Made by a program: the position numbers and the translations under genes. Shown in pieces: positions 48,500 through 60,135 of a DNA stretch of 64,000 nucleotides. The stretch comes from Chara braunii (lineage: Eukaryota; Plantae; Charophyceae), in NCBI GenBank assembly GCA_003427395.1, contig BFEA01000012.1, forward strand, positions 2,264,331 through 2,328,330. Direction: 5' to 3'. Each line of letters opens with the position of its first letter. Position 1 is the first letter of the stretch. The notes beneath the pieces are model-generated. The model searched no databases. It had not been told where the DNA came from and worked only from the letters and a program-made list of their open reading frames with translations.

Positions 48500-51400
48500 G
48501 AGGCAGCCATGACCAATGCTAATGTTCTTGCTCCCTAAGTGAGGGTAAGCATTCCAATCACCTTTCCATTTTATCCTAATCACACCCATCCCGAGGTATG
48601 GCTCAAAGCCGTTGAGGCTCAGGGTCATGTTGTGGTTTATCTTCCGTAGGTGATCATACTGTTTATAAGAAACTCTGCTCATGATTGGTTTAAGCGTCAT
48701 CAATGGGTAGATTGGGCAACGTTCAAGAGATTCGATGAGATAAGTGAGGACTCTGTATAGTTTGTATTAAAAAAATGCCCTGAGGAAGAGTTACTTTCAT
48801 ACTTAGTCGATAAATTTCAAACAACTTTGGATAAATCTGGAAGGGAGAAAAATGCTGCTCCGGACTGGTTCATATATCATCTTCAAAAACCAGCCCGGAA
48901 AGCAAAGCTAAAAAAGGAGTTTCCTCCCAAAACGACGCCTTTGAAAAAGATCATCGTGAAAGCAATCAAATTGGATTCTCAGGATGGATAGACATACATA
49001 GACGACATAGTTTACACAATAAAAGATGTAGATGCCAAAATGCGATCTTGGCTAAGATTGATTGATCGGTTCAGCCAGCGACGCGATCTTGAAAATCTAG
49101 GCGGACCGTCGCAAAATCGTGCACCTCGGATCGGCCCCTCTCTGCTTCCCCCTCTTCTTCCCCCCCCTTTTTTAAGGTCGCTCATATAACCGCTATCTTG
49201 CCTCAATCGTATGTATAAAGTTGCAAACACAAGATTAGATCACCAATCTTCATCTGACACAGATGATCCACTCTATCACCTCTCGACAATCAAAGTGAAT
49301 GAATCACATGATACAGATGCAGACCTCTAAGATGGGTCGCCTGGAATAGGTCTTGCGATAACTCATGAGTGTCGACCCGGGAGCGAATCCAACCAGAGCG
49401 CCGTGAGCTAATACTTCTTCGCCTTATCCTCTTCTTCGTGCACCTTCCCTACTTGCACAAGCTACTCCCCATGGCAGGGTAGAATGTTATAATTGCAAGC
49501 AGCCCGGACATTCCACCCGGGATTGCCCCCTTCCAAAACGAAACAAACCACCCCATGTGGCTGCACCTGTAGTTGTTAGCAAGGACGAGTAACTACACAG
49601 TTGGAAGGAATCAGAGACGTGGGACACCGCTCCTCTTCTCCGACCCTTCTTGTGGCCATGGATAAGACCGCATCAACATCTGGAACTTCTTACGAAGCGA
49701 TAGACGTTATCAATCTGTCTGAGTACCTTCAGCTGGCTGGCCTGATTGGAGTTATCCGACCCGCGAAAGATGAGCTTGAATGGGTAGAGAGCAAATCAGA
49801 ACCTGATCCCGTCGGCCATCTCTGGACGATCTTTGAAGCCGCAAACGACAAGCTCCTGCAACAATGTGAGGAGAACCAGAAAGGGTTTACATATCATCGC
49901 CTCTACAAGATGCTTAAGAAGAAGGAAGAAACGACGAAATTGTTGCCATCTTCTCCTCATCCTCCATATGTTGCTGGTCCTGCGGAAAACTTAGAGGCGG
50001 CAGAAGCCACTTGGGTGACAACAATCTGCTACGTAGAAAGAGATCATTTAATTCGTGCTAACCTGTGTTGTGGAAAATTCGTGCTAACCTGTGTTGTGGA
50101 AAAGTGCAGAGTGTGATTGCGAAGACTGGGGAAAGTCGTTCAAGTTCAATGCTTTTATTGATACAGGCTCATCCGCTGTTGCGCTTTCACTCGACTGAAG
50201 GCGGGACAATTAAACTCCATCCTTCCCTTCTCCGGAAATGAAAACTATGTCTCGACTGATGAGGAAACCATGAACATCGTACTGTTGATCGAAAACGTGG
50301 CTATCAAGGTTGGCAGGTGCACGTGCTGGTGAATGTGTTATTAGTAATCGATGTGCAATCATATTCTGTGTTGATGTGATTACCTTGGACAATGGTAGTG
50401 GGAGCGCATCTTCACTTCGATTTTCATCAGCTGATCCTCACACACATTGGAGGTAAGCCACAAACTATTCCCCTTGGTGTCTCCATGCGCCCTCTGAAAC
50501 AGATAACGATTACGAGAAAAACAGTTTGAATCGGGATGACCATGATTAAGGGTAGATAGGAAAAAAAAGCTAGATGAGTCAGATGATTGTTTGTCAAAAG
50601 GAAGTGACATTGAGAACCTTCTTGAGGATGATGAATACGATGAGAGGGATTACTCGAAATGTCTGAATCATATGCCGAATGAGGAAGAGTGGGGCGAGCT
50701 CGTTGTCCAAGAGGCGAAAGAAAACTTACGAATGATCATTTGAACTGCGCATTCTTTTTGCTTGGGTATGAAGAGGACTGAGCCTATAACTCGAATTCAC
50801 TACCACCTCTTTCATTTCTTTCCCTTATGGAAACGCCAGTTCTTGCTGCTTGTTTTCTTTGGGAACCTACAACAGAAAAATTCCCACGAGAAATGAAAGT
50901 TGAAAAACATTCCATAAAAAAAAAATCCTTCATATTTATAAATTATCATTCCAATGTTCGTCTAATTCTAAAATTTTTGGTTTTATTTGATAAGATCCCG
51001 TCTAAATATGAGTTTTCCCTTCCAACTACATCTATTTGTTCAAGATGGAATGAAAGTCTGGACAAATTTATGAAAAGTTTTAATTAAACTTTCATTCTAC
51101 TACAAGAAATATCTTCTAATTTATATTGGATTAACCTATTTATGACTGAAAATCCTTACTTAGATTCAAGAACTCGTCCACACTTTAATTCCATCTCTAA
51201 CATGCAGTTCAAATAAGAAGGGATACCCCATTGTTGGAAGGAAAGTTTTTAAGTAAGACGAAAAATTTTAAAATTTGAATGACATTTTTTAAGATGGAAT
51301 GAAAATTTAAAATTTAGAATGTAATTTCACTATAGAATGATTATTTAATTCTATGAATTTTTTTCGTTGTATCCTACAGATTGCAGATATGACAAATCTA

Positions 51401-52400
51401 TATCTGCAAATGACGCAATATTTGCATCTTTCAGTCTATTTACCTTGATCTTTGCTTACAAATGTTGCAGTGATAGGATTGATAAAAAAAATAGGTAGAA
51501 CCACCCATCACCGATGTTCATGATCTAATGAGCGAAAGAACAAAACTCTCAAGGTTCAACATTACTATGACTAGCACTGTTGACCCAGACAAAGAGGGAA
51601 ATCAAATTGAGATGGTCAACCTTGCAGAATCACAGATATTGCCTCATATGTTTTCGGTTCAAACAAACAACTCTATGTTATGTGTTCCCTTGTTTTTTAT
51701 TGGTCAAGGGTCCGACTTGATATTTTTGACACTAATCAGACAATCACCGTCCCTTATTATGTTTCTAAAGAAATACGTATACTTCTAAAAAATGTATTGC
51801 ATGACTATGTTGTTGAATTGAGCGTGCATAATCACGAGATTAAAATGACAAATGTGATGGAACACGAGATAATTATGGGGAACCATCCACCGATTAGCTA
51901 CACTTCCTTTCGATATTCCTTTGCACAACTAATTGCTACATTCTAGGGGATCAAAGAGTTTGAAGCTAATGAATAGATCGAACCTGCGATCGGGCCATGG
52001 TTATTTCCGGTAGTGATTGTACCGAAGAAGACGGAAAGAGTGCCGATTTAGATTATCGTAAGTTGAATGATATTACGATCAAAGATATTATTGGATGTTT
52101 TTAGATGTGCATGCTTTTGCATGAAGTTCGATGTCCGCCATGACTTTCATCACCTTGTCGTTGAAAAGGAAGACCATTCGAAAACGACGTTCATCTTTTT
52201 TGAAGGAAATTGACAATGGATCCGATGCCCGATGAGCATCGACAACTTGAATGCACTAGCTACGTTCCAGCGCGCAATGAATATGACCTTCCAGAACTTC
52301 GTGTAAAAAACACAGCTAGGGCAGAGAATCATTTAACTACTGGATGATCGTATATATGAATGGTATCTGGTATACTCAAGCGCCTATGAAGGATATGTGC
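48500..52400 (+). mobile_element. Degenerate Ty3/Gypsy gag-pol (Gag CCHC, protease, RT N-half)
   Basis: CYNCKQPGHSTRDC at 49485-49526; AFIDTGSS at ~50150-50175; RT motifs PWLFPVVIVPKK, LDYRKLNDITIKD, FHHLVVEKEDHSKTTF, NALATFQRAMN at 51990-52290; many stops and frameshifts. Confidence 0.9.
50868..51371. mobile_element. AT-rich MITE inserted in the Gypsy pol
   Basis: Ends TACAACAGAAAAATTC / GAATTTTTTTCGTTGTA; internal GGAATGAAA/TTCATTC repeats. Confidence 0.55.
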
Positions 52401-52440
52401 ATTTTCCTTCATTTTTCTCGAACAACTTCATATACATTTA

Positions 52441-52490
52441 AGCCTAGCTTAGTTGGTAAGGCACATAGTGGCATTCAGGAGGTCTTGAGC
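52441..52490 (+). mobile_element. tRNA-derived SINE head, truncated
   Basis: A-box-like TAGCTTAGTTGGTAAGGCAC followed by GGAGGTCTTGAG. Confidence 0.35.
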
Positions 52491-53500
52491 TCCCCCATTG
52501 GCGCCTGACACCTAGAGATAGCCCGTTGGTCCCCCCTATCCGCATTGAGCAGAGACTGCTGATGTTCATAGGGGGAGGGGATTGGAGGGGAAGCGCACAT
52601 ATTAGTCCAGTTGGCATGGTTCCTGATGCTACCTGCTGAGTCGTGCTGACCCCTGATCCGTATCGCCCACCTGGAGGTAGGGTACAACCTCTTCATGTGC
52701 CCTTGTTGTAGGCCTGAACATGGATGTGGATGATACTGTAATGATAAAAGTGACCTGAAAGGCCGTCCTGTCCAGATTTGACAGGTAATTGAAAAGAAAA
52801 AAAAAATCGGGAAGCCGGAAATTAGGCCTGGACCCGGAACCTTCCTTCCCGATGAGATGCCCGTTTGAGTTCCTAGACCCCTTCCCGCCTCTCCCCTTTC
52901 TCTGGCTGTAATCCGAAGTTGACCACGGTGTTTTCTCCCGGTCCCCCCCGGAGCGTGATACAAGCAACATAAAGCAAGTCACACTGTTGCTCTCAAAATG
53001 GAATGAAGGGAGGTTAGGTGGTCTGCAATTGTCGGGCGCCCTGCAGCAGGGCTGAAGAGGTCCCCCTTCTCTCAATGTTCCTCAATATCGCTCTTAATCC
53101 CCTGGTTTCCAGGGCAATCAATGCTGGCAGGTGGATAATACTCTCGGTCTTTTGGTGTACAAAGGGACGCTGGACCCGTTTTCCAGCAGGTGTAGCTCCC
53201 CACCAATAGACTGTCGCCGCTGCATCTTTTCCCCTCTGTGCGCTCCGAAAATGCCAACAAACGGGCCAAAATCCCATAATCGGAATTACGGCCTTTTCCT
53301 GCACTTGCGAGGTGGGGTGGGGAGGGGAACGTTCCTGCTTTGATACGAGTGTGATGGACCTGCCGGGATGGCAGTCCGTCAGGATGAAGACCAAGGGTAA
53401 GGGAGGAGCCTAGGAGGAGATGGAGATGGAGCTGGAAGGGACATCGCAGCGCCAACACAGGAGAGCGACAAGGAAGCCAGCTAGGAGGGGGTGCTCTTAT
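52491..53500 (-). pseudogene. Possible LINE ORF1 (gag-like) remnant
   Basis: Long broken minus frames with a degenerate knuckle CSGLQQGHMKRLYP. Confidence 0.3.
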
Positions 53501-54584
53501 CACCTTTCGTAGCTGAACAACTGGCTTTGTTTTTTTTTTTTTTTAAAGAAGGAAGGCCTGAACCCAGAAAACTTTTGAATTGGTGGCGGCAAAAACTAGC
53601 ATTTTCGTTTCTCCTCTGCCTACCTCCTCTTTTTCAGTACACCGACCTCTGCATTTTCAGCACACCAACCTCCACGTTTTCAGCACACCATCCAACCCCC
53701 GTGCCTCCTTTCTGCACGGGATGTTGAATCTAAAGGGATTGGATGGTGGGCTGACAAAGAGGAGGCAGAATTGCCTACAAGGGCAAGTCTTCTTCTTCTT
53801 CTTCTTCTGTTTTTTTTTTTTTTTTTTTTTTTAAGCCTAGGGTGTTGTGGAGGCCAAGGACCAGACCCGCGATGATTGCTGGTAGACTCAGCCAATGGTT
53901 GTCTTGACAAGATAGGCCACCTACACTACCCATCCCCACGTTAATACTCCCGGTGCAACCCCTGTCCCTACTATCCTACCTCAATGTGACCAGCACTCAG
54001 GACCAGTACCGTATCAAAATCGAGGGCAACTTGGACCAAACAGCAGTGACAAGCACCAAGGCTGGGCCGACCTCCCAGCCCTAATGGAAGCGGAAGCGGA
54101 CGAACCTTGCAGTACGGCAACTTCGGACGCCAGGCTCATGCAACCTTCTACAGGCCCGATTCAGAGAGTCTACCTACCAGGATTACCTAAGCAAGGCAGG
54201 CCAGCGCCCGCGGACACATCCTTTCGTCCTTCCCCTACCTTACCCAAGGCTAGGCGGAACTCAGACTAGCCGGAGCGACTTATATCCCTACCCTACCCTA
54301 GAGCTAAGCCATGTGTGAGTAGACCCCATCATATACCTGATAGATCCCCCCAACCAAGTATCATATTTGTGTGTATGTGTGTGTGCCCAAAGGCTATATA
54401 TGTTTGTATGACCCCATAGGACCCATGTTTTTTGTGTCTGCCCGAAGGCTATGTGTGCTCTGTGTAACTGTATAGCGAGGTGTATATGCCCGAAGGCCAG
54501 ATATGTGCAGTACTATGTAGAGGGAACTATGTGTTCGTTTTGAAGAGATGACAGGCCAAGCTGCGCAAGACCCCCCCCCAAAGT

Positions 54585-54648
54585 CCCAAGCCAGACTCGA
54601 ACCCGTGATCTATGACATATGACCTGAAGACTCTACCATTTGAGTGAC
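54585..54648 (-). mobile_element. tRNA-derived SINE head / tRNA pseudogene
   Basis: Minus strand ACTCAAATGGTAGAG (A box)...GGTCATATG...ACGGGTTCGAGTC (B box); arms poorly paired. Confidence 0.55.
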
Positions 54649-54892
54649 AATCGCAAACGGCCCCTGTGTGTGATATGCCAGACTGGGGAGATCAACAGAA
54701 CAACCACGAGCAACAGCCACAAGCAACAACCACAATCAACCCACACAGTATCAAGACCCGACACAACACCATGGACAACCCTTGGGTGGTGTGCAGGCAG
54801 TGTTTGTATAAGCTTACCGTGCGTCAGCCCAAGGGGGTGTGTGTCCAGTCGTGCGTCATTCTAACGCCCTGCCGGGGTCCAGACACAAGGTT

Positions 54893-54965
54893 GCAATTGA
54901 GGTTTGAACCCGCAACCTCATACCACAATGCGCATTTCCAACCGGTGCTCTAACCATTGAGCTAC
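54893..54965 (-). mobile_element. tRNA-derived SINE head / tRNA pseudogene
   Basis: Minus strand GTAGCTCAATGGTTAGAGCA...GAGGTTGCGGGTTCAAACC. Confidence 0.55.
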
Positions 54966-55202
54966 ATATGATGACTTAAACCTATGGACGTGCCGAAATC
55001 TGTTGTGGAAGTGGAGTCCCTTTTCTCTTGCCCATTCCCGTGTACAATTTGTGCTGGCGGATGCTTTCTAGGCGCCAAACTAGGCAGTGGGCTCCAGGCC
55101 TTAGGAGCTCAATCCACGACCCTCAACTTGAGAAAAATCTCAAGGGCAGTTTCGTTCCACTACGCCCTTGAGATTCAATAATCATGATTAGGAGGTGATT
55201 AA

Positions 55203-55403
55203 ACCACCAGTACTTGGCCCAGCTATCGGCCGCGGGCGATTCCCGTTTACGCGCCGGTAGTTGCGCGCTTCGGGGCACCGAACCACAATGGCTGGAAGCG
55301 CCAGCCAAAATGAAAACGAAATGGTGCCCTGGCGGCTCGGCAAAACTTGGCGCGCAGGGGGTATCCCGGCTCGGCATCAATAGCTGGGCCAAGTACTGGT
55401 GGT
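55203..55403. mobile_element. 201-bp MITE with perfect 24-bp TIRs and TTAA flanks
   Basis: TTAA|ACCACCAGTACTTGGCCCAGCTAT ... ATAGCTGGGCCAAGTACTGGTGGT|TTAA. Confidence 0.9.
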
Positions 55404-57475
55404 TTAACGTTCCCGCCGCAAAAAAATCCCGCTCTGAAACTGAAGGCCGGGGGCCTCGGCCCACATGCCAGCGAGTAGTATAGTTTACTAGTCTGTGTGA
55501 CAGTCGAAGTCGGGAAACGAACATGATTCAGTTCAGCATGTGTGTTTGCCCCCTGGGTCTAGGTCCGGTACTCTCCCCTGTGTGCAAAACCATCGTGCAT
55601 ATAGTGCAGAACATGGACAAATACACCTGCACGATTTTTTTAATTTTATTTTTTTGGGAAACGGACCACGATTTTCGCCTTTTTGCACATCCACGGTAGT
55701 GGGGTGAGGGCCTTTGTGTGCAGTTGGGCGTCGCTCCACTACTCTCGACACGCACAAAAGACAAAAAATTGTGGCGGTGTATCTTTCCGTAGCAGAAGAT
55801 TCACTCTTGTTTTGCACATTTCGGTAGTAGTGGAGCCAGGCCCGTTATTGGACGGACCTCCTTTGGGTGTACGCCCAGCCAGAGGACGGCGGCCCACAGA
55901 AAACCAAAAAACGAAAACGCCCACTTTTTTTACTTCTTTTCCCCCCTTATAGCCTCAGGTGAAGACGAAACGAAACCTACAGCCTTGCTCTGGCACCACA
56001 GCTGACGTAATATAGCACTTACCAGAGGGCCTTCCTCGTCAGAAGCAGCGTCACGACTGTAAGATCAATACCAATCAATACACTGTGCGAATGACTCAGG
56101 GGCAGAGTCCATTGCTGCTATGTTTGTGCCTGAAAAGAATGAATTCGGCGGCCATGGTGACCAGGTTCGTGCTTTCTCAGTATGAGGTAACATACCACTT
56201 ACCGGTGGGCCTTCCTCTTCAGAAGCAGAGTCACGACTGTGGGATCAATCCTGCTGTACCTCGTACCAGCTGGCGCTGTACGCTGTAGGCAAGGAGGCAA
56301 AAACGAATAGTATTCTATGCCAGAAAAACGAGGTTAGTATTCTACACCGTATTCCCTCTCCCTCCAGTCCGTAGGGGACCCCTAAAGCAACTAAGAACCA
56401 ATGACAAATGGGAGCCTTACGGCTCCCTGCCCTAAATGGCGGGATGCATAATCCCACCGTCCGATCGACAGTTCCTAACACTCCCACACCGTCACACGGA
56501 CTAGTAAACTATACTGGCATGTGGGCCGAGGCCCCTGCTGTAGGGCGCCCTGGCAAACTGGCCCAATTTCCGAGTCACCTCCCAGCCGTGACTTGAATGT
56601 CCTTGAAAAGGGCTCCAGCACTGTCCGGGAGGTGTTTTTTTCTTGTTTTTCTTTTTTTCCGACTGCAGTTGTCCTGGGCCAATGATGGACCTTATTGGAC
56701 CTGCTCGGTGAACCACGGGAAATAGCAGGCGCCATACATGTTCCCGCTCTTTTTTCAGAGTGCGAACTGCAGGGTGTAGTGGAACGAGAACGCAGTCTAG
56801 AATTGACCATCAGGCTCTAGGGGGCCGCCCTTGAGATTTTTCTCAAGTCAAGGGTAGTGGAACGAGCCCCTTCGTGTGGGTCCTGGAGCGAGCACGGCAT
56901 GTCCGACTTAGCTCAGACCAAAGGTCCAGGGTGTAGTAGAGGCCCTAGAGGGTGGTGACCAGGCCTCAGGGAGTGCCCCGGTACTCATCCTGTTGGGAGC
57001 AGCAGCGTTTGCACAAACCTTGCGAAGCACAGGGAGCTTACGAGGCATTGTTAGGCTGCCTTTTCCACCATGCCTGTCGACGCTTGGGCTGGAGACACGG
57101 CTTTCCCGTAGTAAGCCGCTCAATCACCATGTATGTAATAATCCGGTCTGACTGCCCGTTCGCCTGCCCGGTCGTCCGCCCTGTCATCTTTGGCTTTGTT
57201 CGCCCACCAACGCGTAGTTTCCCCGTTGCCCGTGAGTCCAGCTCAGCACCACACAGAGGTTTACTTGACGCAGCACAGCCGGGCAGCACAGGAGCACCTG
57301 AAAGAGCCGGGCAGCACAGGAGCACCTGAAAGAGCTTGGCTGCGAGATGGCATTCTGAATAATGATCAATCTGTAGATGGGAGAGTAGGGACGTTTGTTA
57401 CGACGTTCGATTGACTTTTTCGGTCGAGCGTCGATCTGGTGCAGTGCGTGACTGTGACTTACAGATCCTGCGCGA

Positions 57476-58636
57476 ATGGGCGACGAAGGCCCGCCATCCA
57501 TCCAGAGACTGGAGGAGGTGAGATGGGGAATGATTGGATGCGGCAGCGTGACAGAGCTGAAGTCAGGACCCGCGTTCTCTAAGATCGCGGTTTCGAGCCT
57601 CGTGATCGTCATGAGGAGGACGAAAGGCTTGGCGGAAGATTACGCCAAGCGCCATGGTGTACCCCGCTGGACAACGGACGCCAATGAAGTCATCCATGAT
57701 CCAGAGGTGAATGCTGTCTACATCGCCACCCCTCCAAGCTCGCACGCAGAATATGCCATCAAAGTGGCAATGGCGGGGAAACCAGCGTACGTGGAGAAGC
57801 CGATGGGGATCTGCTACAAGGAGAGCGAGCGCATCCTGGAGGCCTTCAAAACAGCGGGACTGCCGCTCTTTGTCGCATACTACCGCCGATGCCTGCCAAA
57901 TTTTGTCAAAGTCCGAGAGCTTGTCAGAACAGGTGCAATAGGTCAGGTCAGGGCACTGCATTTGCAGCTTCACAGGCCCGCCAAGGAGACTGACGTGAAG
58001 TTGGCTGCAACTGCTGCTGCAGCCGCAGCAGCAGCAGCAGCAGGAGGAGGAGGAGGAGGAGGAACAGGTGAGGTGGAGGGGTTACGAAGACCCTGGAGAG
58101 TCGATCCGCTTGTGGCGGGAAAAGGTGGATATTTTCGAGATTTAGCATCTCATCAGCTTAATTACCTCGAGTATGTTTTCGGTCCCGTGGTCCACGTGTC
58201 GGCTATTGCACGCAACCTAGGTAAACTTTACCCGACGGAAGACACAGTAATGGCAAGTCTCGAGTTCGAGTCCGGCGTGGTTGGTACCGGAAACTGGTGT
58301 TTTGCGTCGTCGAAGGCGGGTGACTGCGATTTCTGCGAGATCTACGGTGATCACGGCAAGATCCGTTTCAGTTTCTTCCAATCGTCTCTGATAGAGGTTG
58401 ACAGCGGGGGGGCTACGCGGACAGAGATGGACTTGCCTTACCCTCCGCATGTGCAGCAACCTCTCCTGCAGACCGTCATGGCAGCGCTCAGAGGCGAGGG
58501 GCTCTGCCCCAGCACAGGAGACGCAGCCGCACAAACGGACCGAGTTCTGGATGCTATTCTTGGGGATGCCGACGGGCATATCGAGGATGGCAAACGGTTG
58601 GAGGGCGGGGTGAGGGTGCACACTTTTTCCACCTGA
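57476..58636 (+). CDS. Gfo/Idh/MocA family NAD(P)-dependent oxidoreductase, 386 aa, intronless CDS
   Basis: VRWGMIGCG Rossmann start, AVYIATPPSSH, YVEKPM, VAYYRR, GGYFRDLASH motifs; intact ORF with a poly-Ala/Gly insert. Confidence 0.95.
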   Translation: MGDEGPPSIQRLEEVRWGMIGCGSVTELKSGPAFSKIAVSSLVIVMRRTKGLAEDYAKRHGVPRWTTDANEVIHDPEVNAVYIATPPSSHAEYAIKVAMAGKPAYVEKPMGICYKESERILEAFKTAGLPLFVAYYRRCLPNFVKVRELVRTGAIGQVRALHLQLHRPAKETDVKLAATAAAAAAAAAAGGGGGGGTGEVEGLRRPWRVDPLVAGKGGYFRDLASHQLNYLEYVFGPVVHVSAIARNLGKLYPTEDTVMASLEFESGVVGTGNWCFASSKAGDCDFCEIYGDHGKIRFSFFQSSLIEVDSGGATRTEMDLPYPPHVQQPLLQTVMAALRGEGLCPSTGDAAAQTDRVLDAILGDADGHIEDGKRLEGGVRVHTFST

Positions 58637-59355
58637 GGGAAACAAACAAGTGTACTGCTGTCAGCCGGAGTGTGAAGCGTGAATGGGACAGCGAGGCGAG
58701 CTAGCGGTAGACTGATGGTGGGAAGAGGGGGGGTGGGGGCGGGGTGGCGGCGGGCGGCGGCGCAAGGAGTGGGAAGGGCGCTAGCGGTTCTCGCTTCAGA
58801 TCCGAAGAAAGGATGGGAGGGGGTCACTTAGGGTGGGAGGGGGCCGAGAGCATGTAGGAGCGGGAAGAATTAAGTGGGTAAGTGGGTGTGTCAGTAATGG
58901 CGACTGGGATGAGGTGGCGGGAATGATCAATGATGACGAGACGGGAGTAGGTGAGGCGAGTAGAAGGACGCGGGAGAGAATAGAGTACGGGTCGTCTGCT
59001 GGGCTTGGCATCATCAAGTGCTTATCGGATAGGCGAATCGTGCTAAGGCATCATTTGCCCGGCATGTCTTTTGCACCTTCCCTTTTTGTTACCTTCACTC
59101 ACATTGTCCGAGCACGAAAAATTATCCTCCCCGCTCCTCCTCCTCCTCCTCCTCCTCCTCATCATCATCATCCGTGGGAGTGCGAAGGACTGTGTTTCAT
59201 ACTAGAATTCTAGTCGTGTATGCTTGTTAAATAACAAATGCTTTCGTTGTTCCGGCGAGTTTCACTCGTGGACGCGTGGTGCCGTAGCCACGGGGGTTCT
59301 TGCGTGTCACGCCTAGTGACGCCTTTTCCTGCTCAGATTGATTACTGCCTACGGT

Positions 59356-59680
59356 AGCATGCTGTTTTGCAACTACCGGCAGTGTTTCAAACTGTGCGTG
59401 CGATTTTTAATTGGTCAAGGCAGTGCATGATAAGTGCACAACGCTCTCGCAGAAAGAACGACATAGAAAGTAAGGACTGCGCGCTTCGGCCTATCAGGAA
59501 GAACTTCCTGGTAGGCCGACGAGAGCATGCTGTTTTTTTTTTTTTAAACACATTGTTGCTCATTATGGAGAGCATGCTGTTTTGCAACTACCGGTAGCGT
59601 TTCAAACTGTGCGTGTTATTTTTAATTGTCACGGCAGTGCATTATAAGTGCAACTCTCTCGCAGAAAGGACGGCATAGAA
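59356..59680 (+). repeat. ~110-bp direct duplication separated by ~100 bp
   Basis: AGCATGCTGTTTTGCAACTACCGG...TCTCGCAGAAAG.ACG.CATAGAA at 59357 and 59571. Confidence 0.85.
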
Positions 59681-59699
59681 CAGCTTATCGGGTAGACTC

Positions 59700-60135
59700 T
59701 CTGACTACTGGGGAGCCTGGCCTCCGAAGTTCCCGTACGGCAAGGTTCGTCCGCTTCCACCTCCACCACTGCCCAGCCCTGGTGCTAAAGCCCTGGTGAT
59801 TGTCACTGCTATTTTGTCCAAGTTGCCCTCGATACTGGAAGGTGATGGTCCTGAGTGCTGGCCACACTGAGGTAGGAAGTAGGGATAGGGGTTGCACTAG
59901 GAGTATTGACTTGAGGATGGGGAGGTGGCCCCACCCTGTCACGACAACCATTGGCTGCCCGCTACCATATGTCTGGTCACTCCCCTCTGCAACACCCCGG
60001 GCTTAAAAGAAGAGGCAATATGATTTACCTCATTTGCGAGGCCCTATGCTTGTAGGGGTCCCCTCTATATAGTCTTAGGAGTAGTGGTAGGAAGGTAGTG
60101 AAAGGCAAAAGAATTTGAGAGAAGAATATAGTGTA
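59700..60135 (-). repeat. Repeat family R copy
   Basis: CTATGCTTGTAGGGGTCCCCTCTATATAGTCTTAGGAGTAGTGGTAGG...GAGAAGAATATAG at 60044-60131; left boundary uncertain. Confidence 0.6.

Noticed and set aside
54585-54965. Functional tRNA genes
   Set aside because: Acceptor and anticodon stems do not pair; treated as SINE heads or pseudogenes.
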